A DNA stretch of 35,223 bases from Gammaproteobacteria bacterium (GCA_039914705.1 JBDSOT010000086.1:1-35223), one strand, 5' to 3'. Positions 9,001 to 17,348 are shown, numbered from the stretch's first letter. Program-made: numbers and translations. The notes: a model not told the origin generated them from the letters alone.

Positions 9001-11852
9001 CGCATCGTATCTCGGGCGATTATCCCATCATCCTCGCACGCATTGATGATCTTGATGACCGCACCTTGATCCAGCAGTTACTGCGTGCGCACGAGTACTG
9101 GGGCATCAAGCGTCTGGCGGTCGATCTGGTTATCCTGAACGAAAAGGCCAGTTCTTACGCCCAGGATTTACAGGTTACCTTGGAAGGAATGGTGCGTGCC
9201 AGCCAGGCCGCCTCGAAGAATGGTTTTCATCAGATGCCCGGCCAGGTTTTTGTATTGCGCTCCGATCTACTCTCACAGCAGGAGCGCGAACTCCTGCAAA
9301 CCGTGGCACGCGCCATTGTATCCGGGCGTCAAGGCAGCTTAAGCGAGCAGGTAACGCGCATGCGACGGCGTCAACCTGCCAAGCCTGTGCCAGCGCACAT
9401 CTCGCCGCCCGCGCGCGGTGTGGAGACAACACTAACTCCACCGGCACTGGAGTTTTTTAACGGACTCGGTGGCTTCAATGATGAGGGCCGCGAGTACGTT
9501 ATTGTCTTGAGCCAAGGCCAGCGTACGCCCGCACCGTGGATCAACGTTATTGCCAATCCCGAATTTGGTTTCCAGGTATCCGAATCGGGCTGCGGTTACA
9601 CCTGGTCATTGAACAGCCGCGAGAACCAGATCACCCCATGGTCAAATGACCCGGTAAGCGATGCGTCCGGTGAGGCATTTTATATAGCGGATCTCGACAG
9701 CGGCGAGTTATGGAGTCCGACGGCATTGCCCATCCGCATCGACAATGCAACCTACATTACGCGTCACGGCCACGGCTACAGTAGTTTTGAACACTTGTCG
9801 CACGGCATCCACAGCGAGCTATTGCAGTTTGTAAGCTGGAGCGACCCGGTCAAGATTTCGCGCCTGATCCTGCATAACCGCTCTAAACAGCCGCGTCGGC
9901 TTTCGGTGACGGCTTACGTTGAATGGGTGTTGGGTTTCTCGCGCGCCCACACCACACCTTTTGTAACCACTGAAATGGACAACGACAGCGGGGCGCTGTT
10001 CGCCAGCAATCCCTTGCATATCGAATTCGGCAAACGCATCGCCTTCGCGGCCTGGGATACAACTGCAAGCTCATGGAGCGGCGACCGTAGTGAATTTATC
10101 GGACGTAACCGTAGCCTCGCACAACCCGCTGCCCTGCGACGCGGCGAGACGCTGAGCGGAAACACGGGTGCCGGGTTTGACCCGTGCGGTGCCTTGCAAA
10201 CCCACATTGAGCTGGCCCCTGACGAGCGCATCGAACTGGTATTCCGCTTAGGTCAGGCAGCTGATCGCGACACGGCACGCAGTCTGCTTAAACAACATGG
10301 CGCGGAACAACTTCCGGCAAGCTTCGCCCAGGTTAAGGAGAACTGGGAAGACATCCTGGGCCAGGTTCAGGTGCATACGCCGGATCGCGCCATGGATTTG
10401 ATGTTGAATCGCTGGTTGCTTTATCAAACGCTGGCTTGCCGCTTCTGGGCGCGTGCGGCATTTTACCAGGCGGGCGGGGCTTATGGTTTCCGCGATCAAC
10501 TGCAAGATGTCATGGCGCTTACTAACTCACGCCCGGAGTTGGCGCGTGCGCATATTCTGCACGCAGCGGCACACCAGTTTATTGAAGGCGACGTGCAACA
10601 TTGGTGGCATCCGCCCACGGGGCGTGGTGTGCGCACGCATTTTTCCGATGATCGTATATGGCTGCCGTTTGTCGTCGCGCATTACCTCACCGTAACGCGC
10701 GACCTCACCATACTCAATGAACAGATTCCTTTTCTGGAGGGCCAAACACTGGGGCTTGATCAGGAAGACGCCTACTTCGAACCCATGGTGTCGGGGCAGA
10801 AGGCGAACCTGTTCGACCATTGCGTACGCGCGCTCGAGTGCTCGTTGAAGCTGGGTTCACATGGCTTGCCATTGATGGGGACGGGCGACTGGAATGACGG
10901 GATGAACCGTGTGGGTCACGGTGGCAAGGGCGAGAGCGTCTGGCTGGGCTGGTTCCTGCACAGTAGTCTGACACAGTTTGCCACAGTGGCATCCGAACGC
11001 GGCAAACCGAATCAGGCCACACGCTGGTTGCGTCATGCTGACGCGCTCAAAATTGCGCTTGATGCAGCGTGGGACGGTGCCTGGTATCGACGTGCCTATT
11101 TCGACGACGGCACGCCGCTGGGTGCCGCGTCCAGCTCAGAATGCCGCATTGATTCCATTGCACAGACATGGGCCGTACTGTCCGGCGCGGCATATCCAGG
11201 GCGCGCCCATGAGGCCATGCAATCGGTTGCGCAACATCTGATCCGGACTGCCGATGAACTCGTACTATTATTCACGCCGCCGTTTGACAAGACTCCGCTC
11301 GACCCCGGCTACATCAAGGGTTATCTGCCGGGCGTACGCGAGAATGGCGGGCAGTACACGCATGCGGCCGTCTGGTGCGTGATGGCCTATGCCACGCTGG
11401 GCGATGGTGCGAAGGCAACTGAGCTGTTTAGTTTGCTCAACCCGGTTAATCATGCTGCCTCGCGCGCTGGTGTCCATATTTATAAAGTGGAACCTTATGT
11501 ACTGGCGGCGGACATTTACGCCGTAGCCCCGCACACCGGACGCGGCGGCTGGACCTGGTATACCGGTTCTGCGGGCTGGATGTATCGGGCCGGCCTCGAG
11601 GCAATTCTGGGCGTGCGCAAGCGCGGGCAAAATCTTGAGATAAACCCGTGTATTCCACCGGGCTGGCGCGGATTTAAAATTGACTATCGGCATGGCAGCG
11701 CGCGCTATGAAATCACCGTTGATAACCCAAACGGCGTTGCTCAAGGTGTTGCACGCATCGAGCTGGACGGGGAGGTATTGAACGCAGCAGCACCATTGCT
11801 GCCACTGACGGATGACGGGCAACTGCATCATGTGAACGTACTACTCGGGTAA
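3072..11852 (+). CDS. ndvB: Cyclic beta-1,2-glucan synthase (Cgs/NdvB/ChvB type): GT84 + cyclization domain + GH94 phosphorylase
   Basis: 2926 aa; WMGWERKRGKL, TLDAD, LLSHDLFEG, RMHRWARGDWQ; TM segments; HLPPDNFQ, SSPTNFGLY, SWSGSMFEYLMP, PWGISES, YMAHHQGM; C-terminal GFRDQLQD, GDWNDG, ENGGQYTH, WYTGSAGW. Confidence 0.95.
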   Translation: MLSNLLNFMRRVKPSANPFSEFEEPIRFELFSVERLEHHAESLAAAQTVTKNPRKGIKIAPRVQDNGRVLLQAYRAITKTAREQRAITPAAEWLIDNFPIVEEQLRDIHDHLPPEFYKELPKLADGHLRGYPRVYGLAWAFVAHTDSRFDPELLMRFVRAYQRVQILTIGELWAVTITLRGVMVENLRRLSVRIVGSQIAREAADTLADELLGLGAHPARTAEEALRAYNGRPLQSAFAVQLVQRLRHHTTPALQWLNDRLAAQGTHADEIVALEHANQAAANLTVRNIITSMRLMSAFDWPGFFEEVSLVDEILRSDAGFVAMDFITRDRYRHAVEQLARGSGHTETAIAHSVIAKTQALRQQQAQANSVDERLLDPGYYLISRGRTAFEKETGFRVSLKSRLQRTYFAHAAGAYIYTILLISTAVLALPLWASVQTGIHPAALLMLAILGFIPASDIAIALFNRLVTQAIGPRHLPRLELMGGVPPALRTFVVVPTLLINETQIAEQLEQIEVYYLSNPEGDVHFGLLSDWTDATAESMPSDRELLEIADRGMKALNARHGLLADGSKRFFLFHRKRLWNGSEQCWMGWERKRGKLHEFNRLLRNAGVTSFITLDEQPPQVPDAVRYVVTLDADTKLPIGIVKRLVGTLAHPLNRPRFDAERQRVVEGYGVLQPRITPTLPARRDSTIFQRLFSGPGGIDPYASAVSDVYQDLFGEGSYTGKGIYDVEVFEAALAGRVPENALLSHDLFEGTLARCGFVSDLEFFEDFPSHLEVAASRMHRWARGDWQLLPWICGRARKSIGAIGRWKMLDNLRRTLSPAAILITLAASWSLPEAPHWAWLTLALAAIAVPTLIPLFSALLAPRRDISLTRHLRSLTDDFIQACGHSMVSLTLLAYHAWLMLDAMVRALTRLLVTRRKLLEWITAAQAKSNASLSVMNFFQRMSGAIVLALVTGVMVFLFNPQELFTAAPFIVLWTISPAFAWYISLPPKRGRIEPLSLQEVQVLRLGARRIWRFFTTFVCAADNHLPPDNFQEDPKPVIAHRSSPTNFGLYLLATVSARDFGWLGLIETVERLEATFKTLQNLPRLKGHYYNWYDTRDLRPLDPAYISSVDSGNLAGHLLALAQACMELAQQPLDISTSGIRDSVALLREAVTELHDNRRTLTVSLAQLQDAIATLEQLLEQGPRGIVAQTLNWKSLEAAALTLTDIARTFAGERGEASTDSEILIWSLLLQADIKSHARDVRSLLPWADYLSRLLDHPDTQVEERQHWEVVEDRFNTSVALRDIPALCEPMIQHLSAHQASPTVAHLSSEAYCRDSAALTDALQRAAIASADLTARLHAISGQARALFDEMDFGFLFDPVRKLFSIGYRVADSCLDASYYDLLASEARLTSFIAIAKGDVPAAHWFRLGRAMTPVDKGAALVSWSGSMFEYLMPSLVMYTPHDSLIGQTCRLVIQRQIAYGQEHKVPWGISESAYNVRDFEFTYQYSDFGIPGLGLKRGLGQELVVAPYATALAAMYDPGAAVKNFERIETLGGRGRYGFYEALDFTPARLPEGSDVVVVRAYMAHHQGMSLVALTNILQHGAMRRRFHNEPLVLAAELLLQERTPRALAFTEPRTDQDHTSLVREVVQPVTRRYLTPHLPLPATQLLSNGRYAVMVTSAGSGYSRWNDLAVTRWRSDATRDAWGSYLFLRDTGSGKVWSAGYQPTAVEPDRYEVVFSEDRVRITRQDAAITSVLEIILSSEDDAEIRHLSLTNNGPRMREIEITSYAEMVLAPAAADLAHPAFSNLFVETEYLPEVNALLITRRPRSASETRFWAAHVIAPEGEIRGAIEYETDRMRFLGRGQGIHSPVSVMDGRPLSNTAGAVLDPIASLRARVRIKAGETFHMAFSTMVAASREDIINLAEKYHSPAIFERASTLAWTQAQVQLHFLGIERDEAQVYQHLANRILYSDPSLRPGSEILRRNTLSMAGLWPHRISGDYPIILARIDDLDDRTLIQQLLRAHEYWGIKRLAVDLVILNEKASSYAQDLQVTLEGMVRASQAASKNGFHQMPGQVFVLRSDLLSQQERELLQTVARAIVSGRQGSLSEQVTRMRRRQPAKPVPAHISPPARGVETTLTPPALEFFNGLGGFNDEGREYVIVLSQGQRTPAPWINVIANPEFGFQVSESGCGYTWSLNSRENQITPWSNDPVSDASGEAFYIADLDSGELWSPTALPIRIDNATYITRHGHGYSSFEHLSHGIHSELLQFVSWSDPVKISRLILHNRSKQPRRLSVTAYVEWVLGFSRAHTTPFVTTEMDNDSGALFASNPLHIEFGKRIAFAAWDTTASSWSGDRSEFIGRNRSLAQPAALRRGETLSGNTGAGFDPCGALQTHIELAPDERIELVFRLGQAADRDTARSLLKQHGAEQLPASFAQVKENWEDILGQVQVHTPDRAMDLMLNRWLLYQTLACRFWARAAFYQAGGAYGFRDQLQDVMALTNSRPELARAHILHAAAHQFIEGDVQHWWHPPTGRGVRTHFSDDRIWLPFVVAHYLTVTRDLTILNEQIPFLEGQTLGLDQEDAYFEPMVSGQKANLFDHCVRALECSLKLGSHGLPLMGTGDWNDGMNRVGHGGKGESVWLGWFLHSSLTQFATVASERGKPNQATRWLRHADALKIALDAAWDGAWYRRAYFDDGTPLGAASSSECRIDSIAQTWAVLSGAAYPGRAHEAMQSVAQHLIRTADELVLLFTPPFDKTPLDPGYIKGYLPGVRENGGQYTHAAVWCVMAYATLGDGAKATELFSLLNPVNHAASRAGVHIYKVEPYVLAADIYAVAPHTGRGGWTWYTGSAGWMYRAGLEAILGVRKRGQNLEINPCIPPGWRGFKIDYRHGSARYEITVDNPNGVAQGVARIELDGEVLNAAAPLLPLTDDGQLHHVNVLLG

Positions 11853-11961
11853 GATGCAATACGTATTTTATTTTTTTACGAGCCGAGCGAATTATGAAGG
11901 CCGGTTATGATAGTGGCCAACACGTGCTGCTGGCGTACCACACATCGAAGAGGTGAATTTT

Positions 11962-12693
11962 ATGGGCGCGCATTACCTCCTACGCGGCTTTAAGCTTATC
12001 TTACAACCCGGTCTGCGCCGCTTTGTAATCATGCCGCTGTTGGTAAATACGCTTATTTTTGTCCTGCTGATCGGACTGGGGATTAATCAGTTCGACCGGC
12101 TGACCAACTGGATGCTGGCATTTTTACCAGCCTGGATGAACTGGCTTGAATGGCTGCTCTGGCCGCTATTTGCGCTGCTCACATTAGTATTTAGTTTTTT
12201 CAGTTTTTCGCTGATCGCAAATTTAATTGGCGCACCGTTTAATGGCGTGCTGGCCGAAGCGGTTGAACAACACCTGACCGGCCGTAAAATTGAAAATCAG
12301 CCGTTGCTAAAAACCCTGCTTCAACTCGTGCCAATGTTGTTCAGGGAGTTGTTGAAGATTGTGTATTTTTTGCTGTGGGCCGTACCCTTTCTGATTCTTT
12401 TTTTGATCCCCGGTATCAATCTCTTTGCACCGTTTTTGTGGATGCTGTTTAGCGCCTGGATGCTGGCCCTGCAATATCTCGATTACCCGATGGGCAATCA
12501 TGGCCTGTCGTTCGCCGAACAGCGTAAAAAATTACGCGACAGGCGTTTTAATTCGCTTGGCTTCGGTGGCGCTACCCTGCTCGCCACGTTGATTCCTGTC
12601 GTCAACTTTCTGGTGATGCCCGCCGCCGTTGCGGGTGCCACGATTATGTGGGTCGAATTGTTTGACAAACCTGTTACGCAGGTCAGGATTTAA
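11962..12693 (+). CDS. cysZ: Sulfate transporter CysZ (EI24 family)
   Basis: PGLRRFVIMPLLVN, ANLIGAPFNGVLAEAVE, LQYLDYPMGNH, IPVVNFLVMPAAVAGAT. GAGGTG at 11950-11955 favours ATG 11962 over GTG 11953. Confidence 0.92.
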   Translation: MGAHYLLRGFKLILQPGLRRFVIMPLLVNTLIFVLLIGLGINQFDRLTNWMLAFLPAWMNWLEWLLWPLFALLTLVFSFFSFSLIANLIGAPFNGVLAEAVEQHLTGRKIENQPLLKTLLQLVPMLFRELLKIVYFLLWAVPFLILFLIPGINLFAPFLWMLFSAWMLALQYLDYPMGNHGLSFAEQRKKLRDRRFNSLGFGGATLLATLIPVVNFLVMPAAVAGATIMWVELFDKPVTQVRI

Positions 12694-13477
12694 CTGCAAG
12701 GTCAGCCAGCAGCGAGTTAGCGTGGATATGTTTTAACAGCTCCAGATTTAAATAATTAAATCCATTTACATCCCCACCATTCAACACGGAAAATGGCTGT
12801 CCGGGTTCGCCCATATGATCAACCACCAGCGCTGCCTCTGAAAAATTCTGATTGCAGGTGTAATCATTAATTGTAATCACCGTTTTAAGTCCAGCTTGGC
12901 GTGCGGAAATCAGGCCGTTTTCTGAATCTTCAATGGCAAGGCATTGATCCTGTCGCAAACCCATCTTCTGCAATGTGTACTGATAAATATCCGGCGCGGG
13001 TTTTTTGACGGGTACGATCTCGCCCGCCGCTATAACCTCAAACCACGACTCGGGAATGGGCGGCACACTATGCTCCAACAGGGCGGTAATATTCGCAGGC
13101 GTTGTGGTGGTGGCAATAGCTAAGCGCACGCCCTTGCTACGCGTCTCTTCCAAAATTCGCTTAACGCCGGTGCGCAGCGGAATCATGCCTTGCGCAAGCA
13201 TATCGGTATAATGCCGTGTCTTATCCGTATGCAGCTGCTTAATAAAGCCGTCGAGATCGGCAGGCCTCTGGAAAGTTGTATTGTAATAGTCCAGGTAATA
13301 GCGAATACGTTCCTTGCCGCCCGTCACCTTCAATAATTCGCCATATAAAGGAACCGTCCAACTCCAATCCACGCCCGCTGCGGCAAACGCTCGGTTAAAT
13401 GCAACGCGATGACCATCGCGCTCGGTATCGGCCAGTGTGCCATCGACATCAAAAATCAGTGCGTCCAGCGTACTCAT
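12683..13477 (-). CDS. cbbY: CbbY-like HAD hydrolase (xylulose-1,5-bisphosphate phosphatase family)
   Basis: ALIFDVDGTLADTERDGHRVAFNRAF, VTGGKERI, ATTT, KKPAPDIY, IEDSENG. Start could also be ATG 13489. Overlaps cysZ 3' end by 11 bp (convergent). Confidence 0.85.
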   Translation of the reverse strand: MSTLDALIFDVDGTLADTERDGHRVAFNRAFAAAGVDWSWTVPLYGELLKVTGGKERIRYYLDYYNTTFQRPADLDGFIKQLHTDKTRHYTDMLAQGMIPLRTGVKRILEETRSKGVRLAIATTTTPANITALLEHSVPPIPESWFEVIAAGEIVPVKKPAPDIYQYTLQKMGLRQDQCLAIEDSENGLISARQAGLKTVITINDYTCNQNFSEAALVVDHMGEPGQPFSVLNGGDVNGFNYLNLELLKHIHANSLLADLAVKS

Positions 13478-13526
13478 AAGATTAAACATTCCTTTCATCA
13501 AGAGATAACTTAGAGAGATGTAACTA

Positions 13527-13548
13527 TTTCATTTTTATGAAAATGAAA
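13527..13548. promoter_or_regulatory. Perfect 9-4-9 palindrome, candidate operator in cbbY/dksA divergent region
   Basis: TTTCATTTT-tatg-AAAATGAAA. Confidence 0.35.
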
Positions 13549-13581
13549 ACTGCGGCTACTCTACCAGATTCACAATATTTA

Positions 13582-13610
13582 TTGCGTTGACGGCGTGATT
13601 ATTGTATAAA
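13582..13610 (+). promoter_or_regulatory. Candidate sigma70 promoter of dksA
   Basis: TTGCGT-N17-TATAAA, with an overlapping TTGACG at 13587; upstream of SD AGGAG and ATG 13649. Confidence 0.4.
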
Positions 13611-13648
13611 TACCAATTTATTTTTGTTGCATTTAGCAGGAGACGGAG

Positions 13649-14089
13649 ATGTCTGTAACAAAAATTAATGCTTCAAAGCCCAGCGCATTAGACTTCATTC
13701 CCTACAAGGAAAAGAAGGGTGAAGGTTACATGAGCGATAAACAGATTGAGCATTTTCGCAAGATACTGCTTGCCTGGAAACGCGATTTGATGGAAGAAGT
13801 GGATCGCACCGTGCATACCATGCAGGATGAGGCCATTAACTACCCGGATCCAAATGACCGCGCCAGCCAGGAATCGGAGATTACCATGGAACTGCGTGCT
13901 CGCGACAGGGAACGCAAACTCATCAAGAAGATTGATGAATCCTTGGCAAATCTCGACCTGGGTGAATATGGTTATTGCGAGGTCTGCGGGATCGAAATAG
14001 GTATTCGCCGCCTGGAGGCCCGTCCCACGGCCAGCCAATGTATCGATTGTAAAATCCTGGACGAAATCCGCGAAAAACAGATGGTATAA
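13649..14089 (+). CDS. dksA: RNA polymerase-binding protein DksA
   Basis: DPNDRA coiled-coil tip, [11 protein letters not shown], four-Cys zinc finger CEVC...[15 protein letters not shown]. Confidence 0.97.
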   Translation: MSVTKINASKPSALDFIPYKEKKGEGYMSDKQIEHFRKILLAWKRDLMEEVDRTVHTMQDEAINYPDPNDRASQESEITMELRARDRERKLIKKIDESLANLDLGEYGYCEVCGIEIGIRRLEARPTASQCIDCKILDEIREKQMV

Positions 14090-14253
14090 AACGCTTGGCC
14101 GCAGGGCAAGCATGTCCAGTCTGTTAAAGATTCAAGACGTGAATTTCGTTCTGTTGGATGGTGTACAAGGTTTCGGCTGAGGGCTTGGGCTTTATTAACA
14201 GTAAGCTTTTTATCAATCAAGGTATAACACCATTACGCCGTAAATTCCTTCGT

Positions 14254-14556
14254 TTATTCAACAGCGGATCCAAGCGAATAGACAGTGCATTCCTCGTGAA
14301 TGCGCAAGCGGTTAGCGGTGGCAAAATTTAAAATGTACTCGTAGGCCGCCGGGTCTTTTTCGTTTAAAGCCTGGTCCACGATAAGACATTTCTCGCCATT
14401 GATCATGCCGGGCTGTGCCTTCTTTGAATACTGTAAGCGGTGATCAGGCCCAAAAATAGCCAGCGATGTCGAGATACGCTCTATCCAGTCACTGGGCCGA
14501 AATTTTCCACCGTCTTCATTAACACTCTCAATAACCAGTTTACATTCTTTATTCAA
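14254..14556 (-). CDS. DUF3579-like conserved hypothetical protein
   Basis: GGKFRPSDWIERI...YS...G.KCLIVD..L...P.AYEYILNFA..NRL pattern; TTG start after GGGAG. Confidence 0.8.
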   Translation of the reverse strand: MNKECKLVIESVNEDGGKFRPSDWIERISTSLAIFGPDHRLQYSKKAQPGMINGEKCLIVDQALNEKDPAAYEYILNFATANRLRIHEECTVYSLGSAVE

Positions 14557-14748
14557 CGACCATCTCCCACGCTTGTTTTCCTGTATGCCAGAGTGACTGC
14601 AAGTCTTATACCTGCCAGCTAAAGAAATAACGCCGGTTCATCACCCTTACGTCCTCTAGCATTATATTAGACTAAGTATAAATTAATTTGTTCATTGCCC
14701 AACAATCAGGCTTGCAGATATTTACTCAGTGCTCGGGAGATAAGCGGC

Positions 14749-16671
14749 TCAAAGCTTGTCCTGATAAACGACTATTTTCGTTTCTGCCTTTAATTCATTA
14801 ACAAAATTACGGTACTCGTCCTCCGCCCGGGTACGCTGAAGTTCGCGGCGCAATGCCAGACGACCAGCGGCATCCATGGCCGTTGGGCTGCCTTCTTTTA
14901 CCGCATAGACGGCAATAACGGCGTAATCCCCGGAGTCTAAGGGCTGACCGCCTACTGCCGGGGAATTTTTGACAGCTTTGCCTGGCTTGGGCAAGGCAAA
15001 GGCCGCACTTGCGATGGCAGCGGGAATTTTTTCATTAGCAGGCTCGCGCCCCACCAGCACCGGTTTGATCCATTCCACCTGATATTCCTTGGCGATTGTT
15101 TGCGGGTCTTCGCCTTTGTTAAGGCGCGCTTGAATTAATTCCCCAGCAGCCTGCGCCTTGCTTTGCGCAATATTAGTGCGCAACCGTTCGGTTATCGCCT
15201 GACGCTCCTGTTCCAAGGTGCGCGCGGACGCTGTCTTGTGTTCTTTGACCCGCAGTACCACCAGATGATTTTCGCCTAGTTCGATAGGTTCGCTGTTGTA
15301 GCCCTGATTTAAGGCCTCATCGCTAAAGGCCGCGTTAATAACTTTTGCCTGGCTGGTAATGCTGTCCGCACCGCCTTTACGACTAAAGAAACCCGTCGTC
15401 TTGACCGGCAAACCAAGTTCCCTGGCGGCAACCGTTAAGGTGTCGGGATTTTCATAAACAAAATTAGTTAACGGCTCTGATTTTTCAAAGAATTGATCCT
15501 GACCCTTACGTTGCTGATACTCCTTCTCCAATTCGGCACGCACCTCTTGAAATGATTTGATTGAGGCAGGCTTGATCTGCGTCACCTTAAGGATATGAAA
15601 ACCGGCAGGACTCTTTACAGGCTGACTCACCTCGTTAAGCTTTAAGGTAGATAACGCCAACTCAACCGCGGGATCTAAACTTCCTTTGGCAACGAAACCC
15701 AGATCACCGCCACTGCCAGCCGTTGCCATATCTTTAGAAAATTCCTGGGCCAGCTTGGCGAAATCCTCACCAGCCTGCAAACGTTTACGCAGATCATCCG
15801 CCTTGGTCGAGGCGGCAGCGAGCGCTGTCTCATCCGAGGTTTTTTCCGGTGCAATTACTATTTGACTGGCGCGTCGCTGTTCTTCCACAGCAAAATTTGC
15901 GCGCTGTTCTTCATAGAGTTTATGCAATTCCTGCTCATCGGCTTTAATATTCTTTGCCAGATCACTCGCGGAAAGCTCAATGTATTCGATGCTGACCTGT
16001 TCCGGATTTACGAACGTACTGCGCCGCTCTTCGAAGTATTGTTTAATCGCAGTCTCATCAACCGTTACCTGTTTTTCGAAATTTTTCCAGGGGACTATTA
16101 AATAGCCAACCTCACGCTGCTGATTCTTGAGGCGGATGGCCTCATCGAGTTCACCTTGCGTCACCATGGCCATGCTGGTGATGCCCGCAGTAAGTTGCTC
16201 TTTAAGAAAACTATCGCGCACACTGGCCTCGGCCTTGCCAGGCGTCAAACCCAGTCGGCGCAATTGTTCCAGGAAATTTGCCCGGGAAAACTGACCATTC
16301 TTCTGGAATTCCGGCATCGATTGGATGCGGCGGGCAAGCTCTGCATTGCTAATCCGCAATCCCATCTCGCCGATGGATTGTCCGATCACTTCATTTGCAA
16401 CCAGGCCATCAATAACACTCTGCTTTAGCTTTGCATCGTCCAATAAAGCCGAGTTATTCCCCAACAAGGAGCGCATGCGCTGGCGTTGCTGTTCGTAGGC
16501 CTGCTGGAATTCATTCTGGCTGATGTCAGTCCCGCCAATTCGGGCAACCTCTACATCGCCGGCATTGCCAAGATAACTTTGGATGCCCCACAGGGCGAAG
16601 GGAATAACGATTAAACCGATGATGATCCATGCCAGCCAACCGTGGGCACGATCTCTAATGGATTGAAGCAT
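14749..16671 (-). CDS. ppiD: Periplasmic chaperone PpiD (SurA_N + parvulin domain)
   Basis: MLQSIRDRAHGWLAWIIIGLIVIPFALWGI N-terminal anchor (ATG 16671, SD AGAGG); FAKLAQEFSKD...GGDLGF parvulin; usual position after hupB and tRNAs. Confidence 0.93.
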   Translation of the reverse strand: MLQSIRDRAHGWLAWIIIGLIVIPFALWGIQSYLGNAGDVEVARIGGTDISQNEFQQAYEQQRQRMRSLLGNNSALLDDAKLKQSVIDGLVANEVIGQSIGEMGLRISNAELARRIQSMPEFQKNGQFSRANFLEQLRRLGLTPGKAEASVRDSFLKEQLTAGITSMAMVTQGELDEAIRLKNQQREVGYLIVPWKNFEKQVTVDETAIKQYFEERRSTFVNPEQVSIEYIELSASDLAKNIKADEQELHKLYEEQRANFAVEEQRRASQIVIAPEKTSDETALAAASTKADDLRKRLQAGEDFAKLAQEFSKDMATAGSGGDLGFVAKGSLDPAVELALSTLKLNEVSQPVKSPAGFHILKVTQIKPASIKSFQEVRAELEKEYQQRKGQDQFFEKSEPLTNFVYENPDTLTVAARELGLPVKTTGFFSRKGGADSITSQAKVINAAFSDEALNQGYNSEPIELGENHLVVLRVKEHKTASARTLEQERQAITERLRTNIAQSKAQAAGELIQARLNKGEDPQTIAKEYQVEWIKPVLVGREPANEKIPAAIASAAFALPKPGKAVKNSPAVGGQPLDSGDYAVIAVYAVKEGSPTAMDAAGRLALRRELQRTRAEDEYRNFVNELKAETKIVVYQDKL

Positions 16672-16741
16672 GGTAGCTAAGCCTCTAACAAATCTTATAG
16701 ACGCCTGATCTATTTCTTCTTGGAAATTCAAATAAGCGGCT

Positions 16742-16774
16742 AAAAAAATAAGGGCGCATCACTGGAAGCGCCCT
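16742..16774 (-). terminator. Intrinsic terminator after tRNA-Asp
   Basis: AGGGCGC-N10-GCGCCCT stem followed on the minus strand by TATTTTTTT. Confidence 0.65.
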
Positions 16775-16892
16775 AACGTCATTGTCACTAATGGAAAGAC
16801 CATCATTAAATTATTTGGTTGATTTGTGCAATCGAGAGTCGCGCCTCCCAAAAGGGGCGCACTGACAATACGCAAATCCAGGCAACTAATGT

Positions 16893-16969
16893 TGGCGGAG
16901 TGGACGGGACTCGAACCCGCGACCCCCTGCGTGACAGGCAGGTATTCTAACCAACTGAACTACCACTCC
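16893..16969 (-). tRNA. tRNA-Asp(GTC)
   Basis: GGAGTGGTAGTTCAGTTGGTTAGAATACCTGCCTGTCACGCAGGGGGTCGCGGGTTCGAGTCCCGTCCACTCCGCCA, 77 nt, encoded CCA. Confidence 0.98.
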
Positions 16970-16989
16970 TGCGGCGCGCGTATTACTAC

Positions 16990-17065
16990 TGGTGGGTGCT
17001 GAGGGGCTCGAACCCCCGACATTCGCCGTGTAAAGGCGACGCTCTACCAACTGAGCTAAGCACCC
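16990..17065 (-). tRNA. tRNA-Val(TAC)
   Basis: GGGTGCTTAGCTCAGTTGGTAGAGCGTCGCCTTTACACGGCGAATGTCGGGGGTTCGAGCCCCTCAGCACCCACCA, 76 nt. Confidence 0.97.
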
Positions 17066-17075
17066 AGCTGACTAA

Positions 17076-17348
17076 TCAGTTTACGGCATCCTTAAGGGCT
17101 TTGCCAGCTTTGAAGGCGGGGATTTTCGAGGCCTTAATCTTGATAGCATCGCCGGTGCGCGGATTACGCCCGGTGCGAGCAGCGCGCTTGCGAACCAGGA
17201 AGGTGCCGAACCCGACCAGGGTTACCTGATCACCTTTCTTTAAGGCCTTGGTGAGGGCGGCGATCATAGCGTCGAGCGCGCGACCGGAGGTAGCCTTGGA
17301 TACATCGGCTGAATTGGCAATGGCATCAATTAATTCGGATTTATTCAC
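17076..17348 (-). CDS. hupB: DNA-binding protein HU-beta
   Basis: [11 protein letters not shown]...VTLVGFGTF...[12 protein letters not shown]...[14 protein letters not shown]; downstream of lon. Confidence 0.97.
   Translation of the reverse strand: MNKSELIDAIANSADVSKATSGRALDAMIAALTKALKKGDQVTLVGFGTFLVRKRAARTGRNPRTGDAIKIKASKIPAFKAGKALKDAVN

Noticed and set aside
16893-17065. tRNA genes as integration sites (also tRNA-Leu at 23601)
   Set aside because: No integrase and no duplicated tRNA 3' end seen; flanking genes follow the usual core order.
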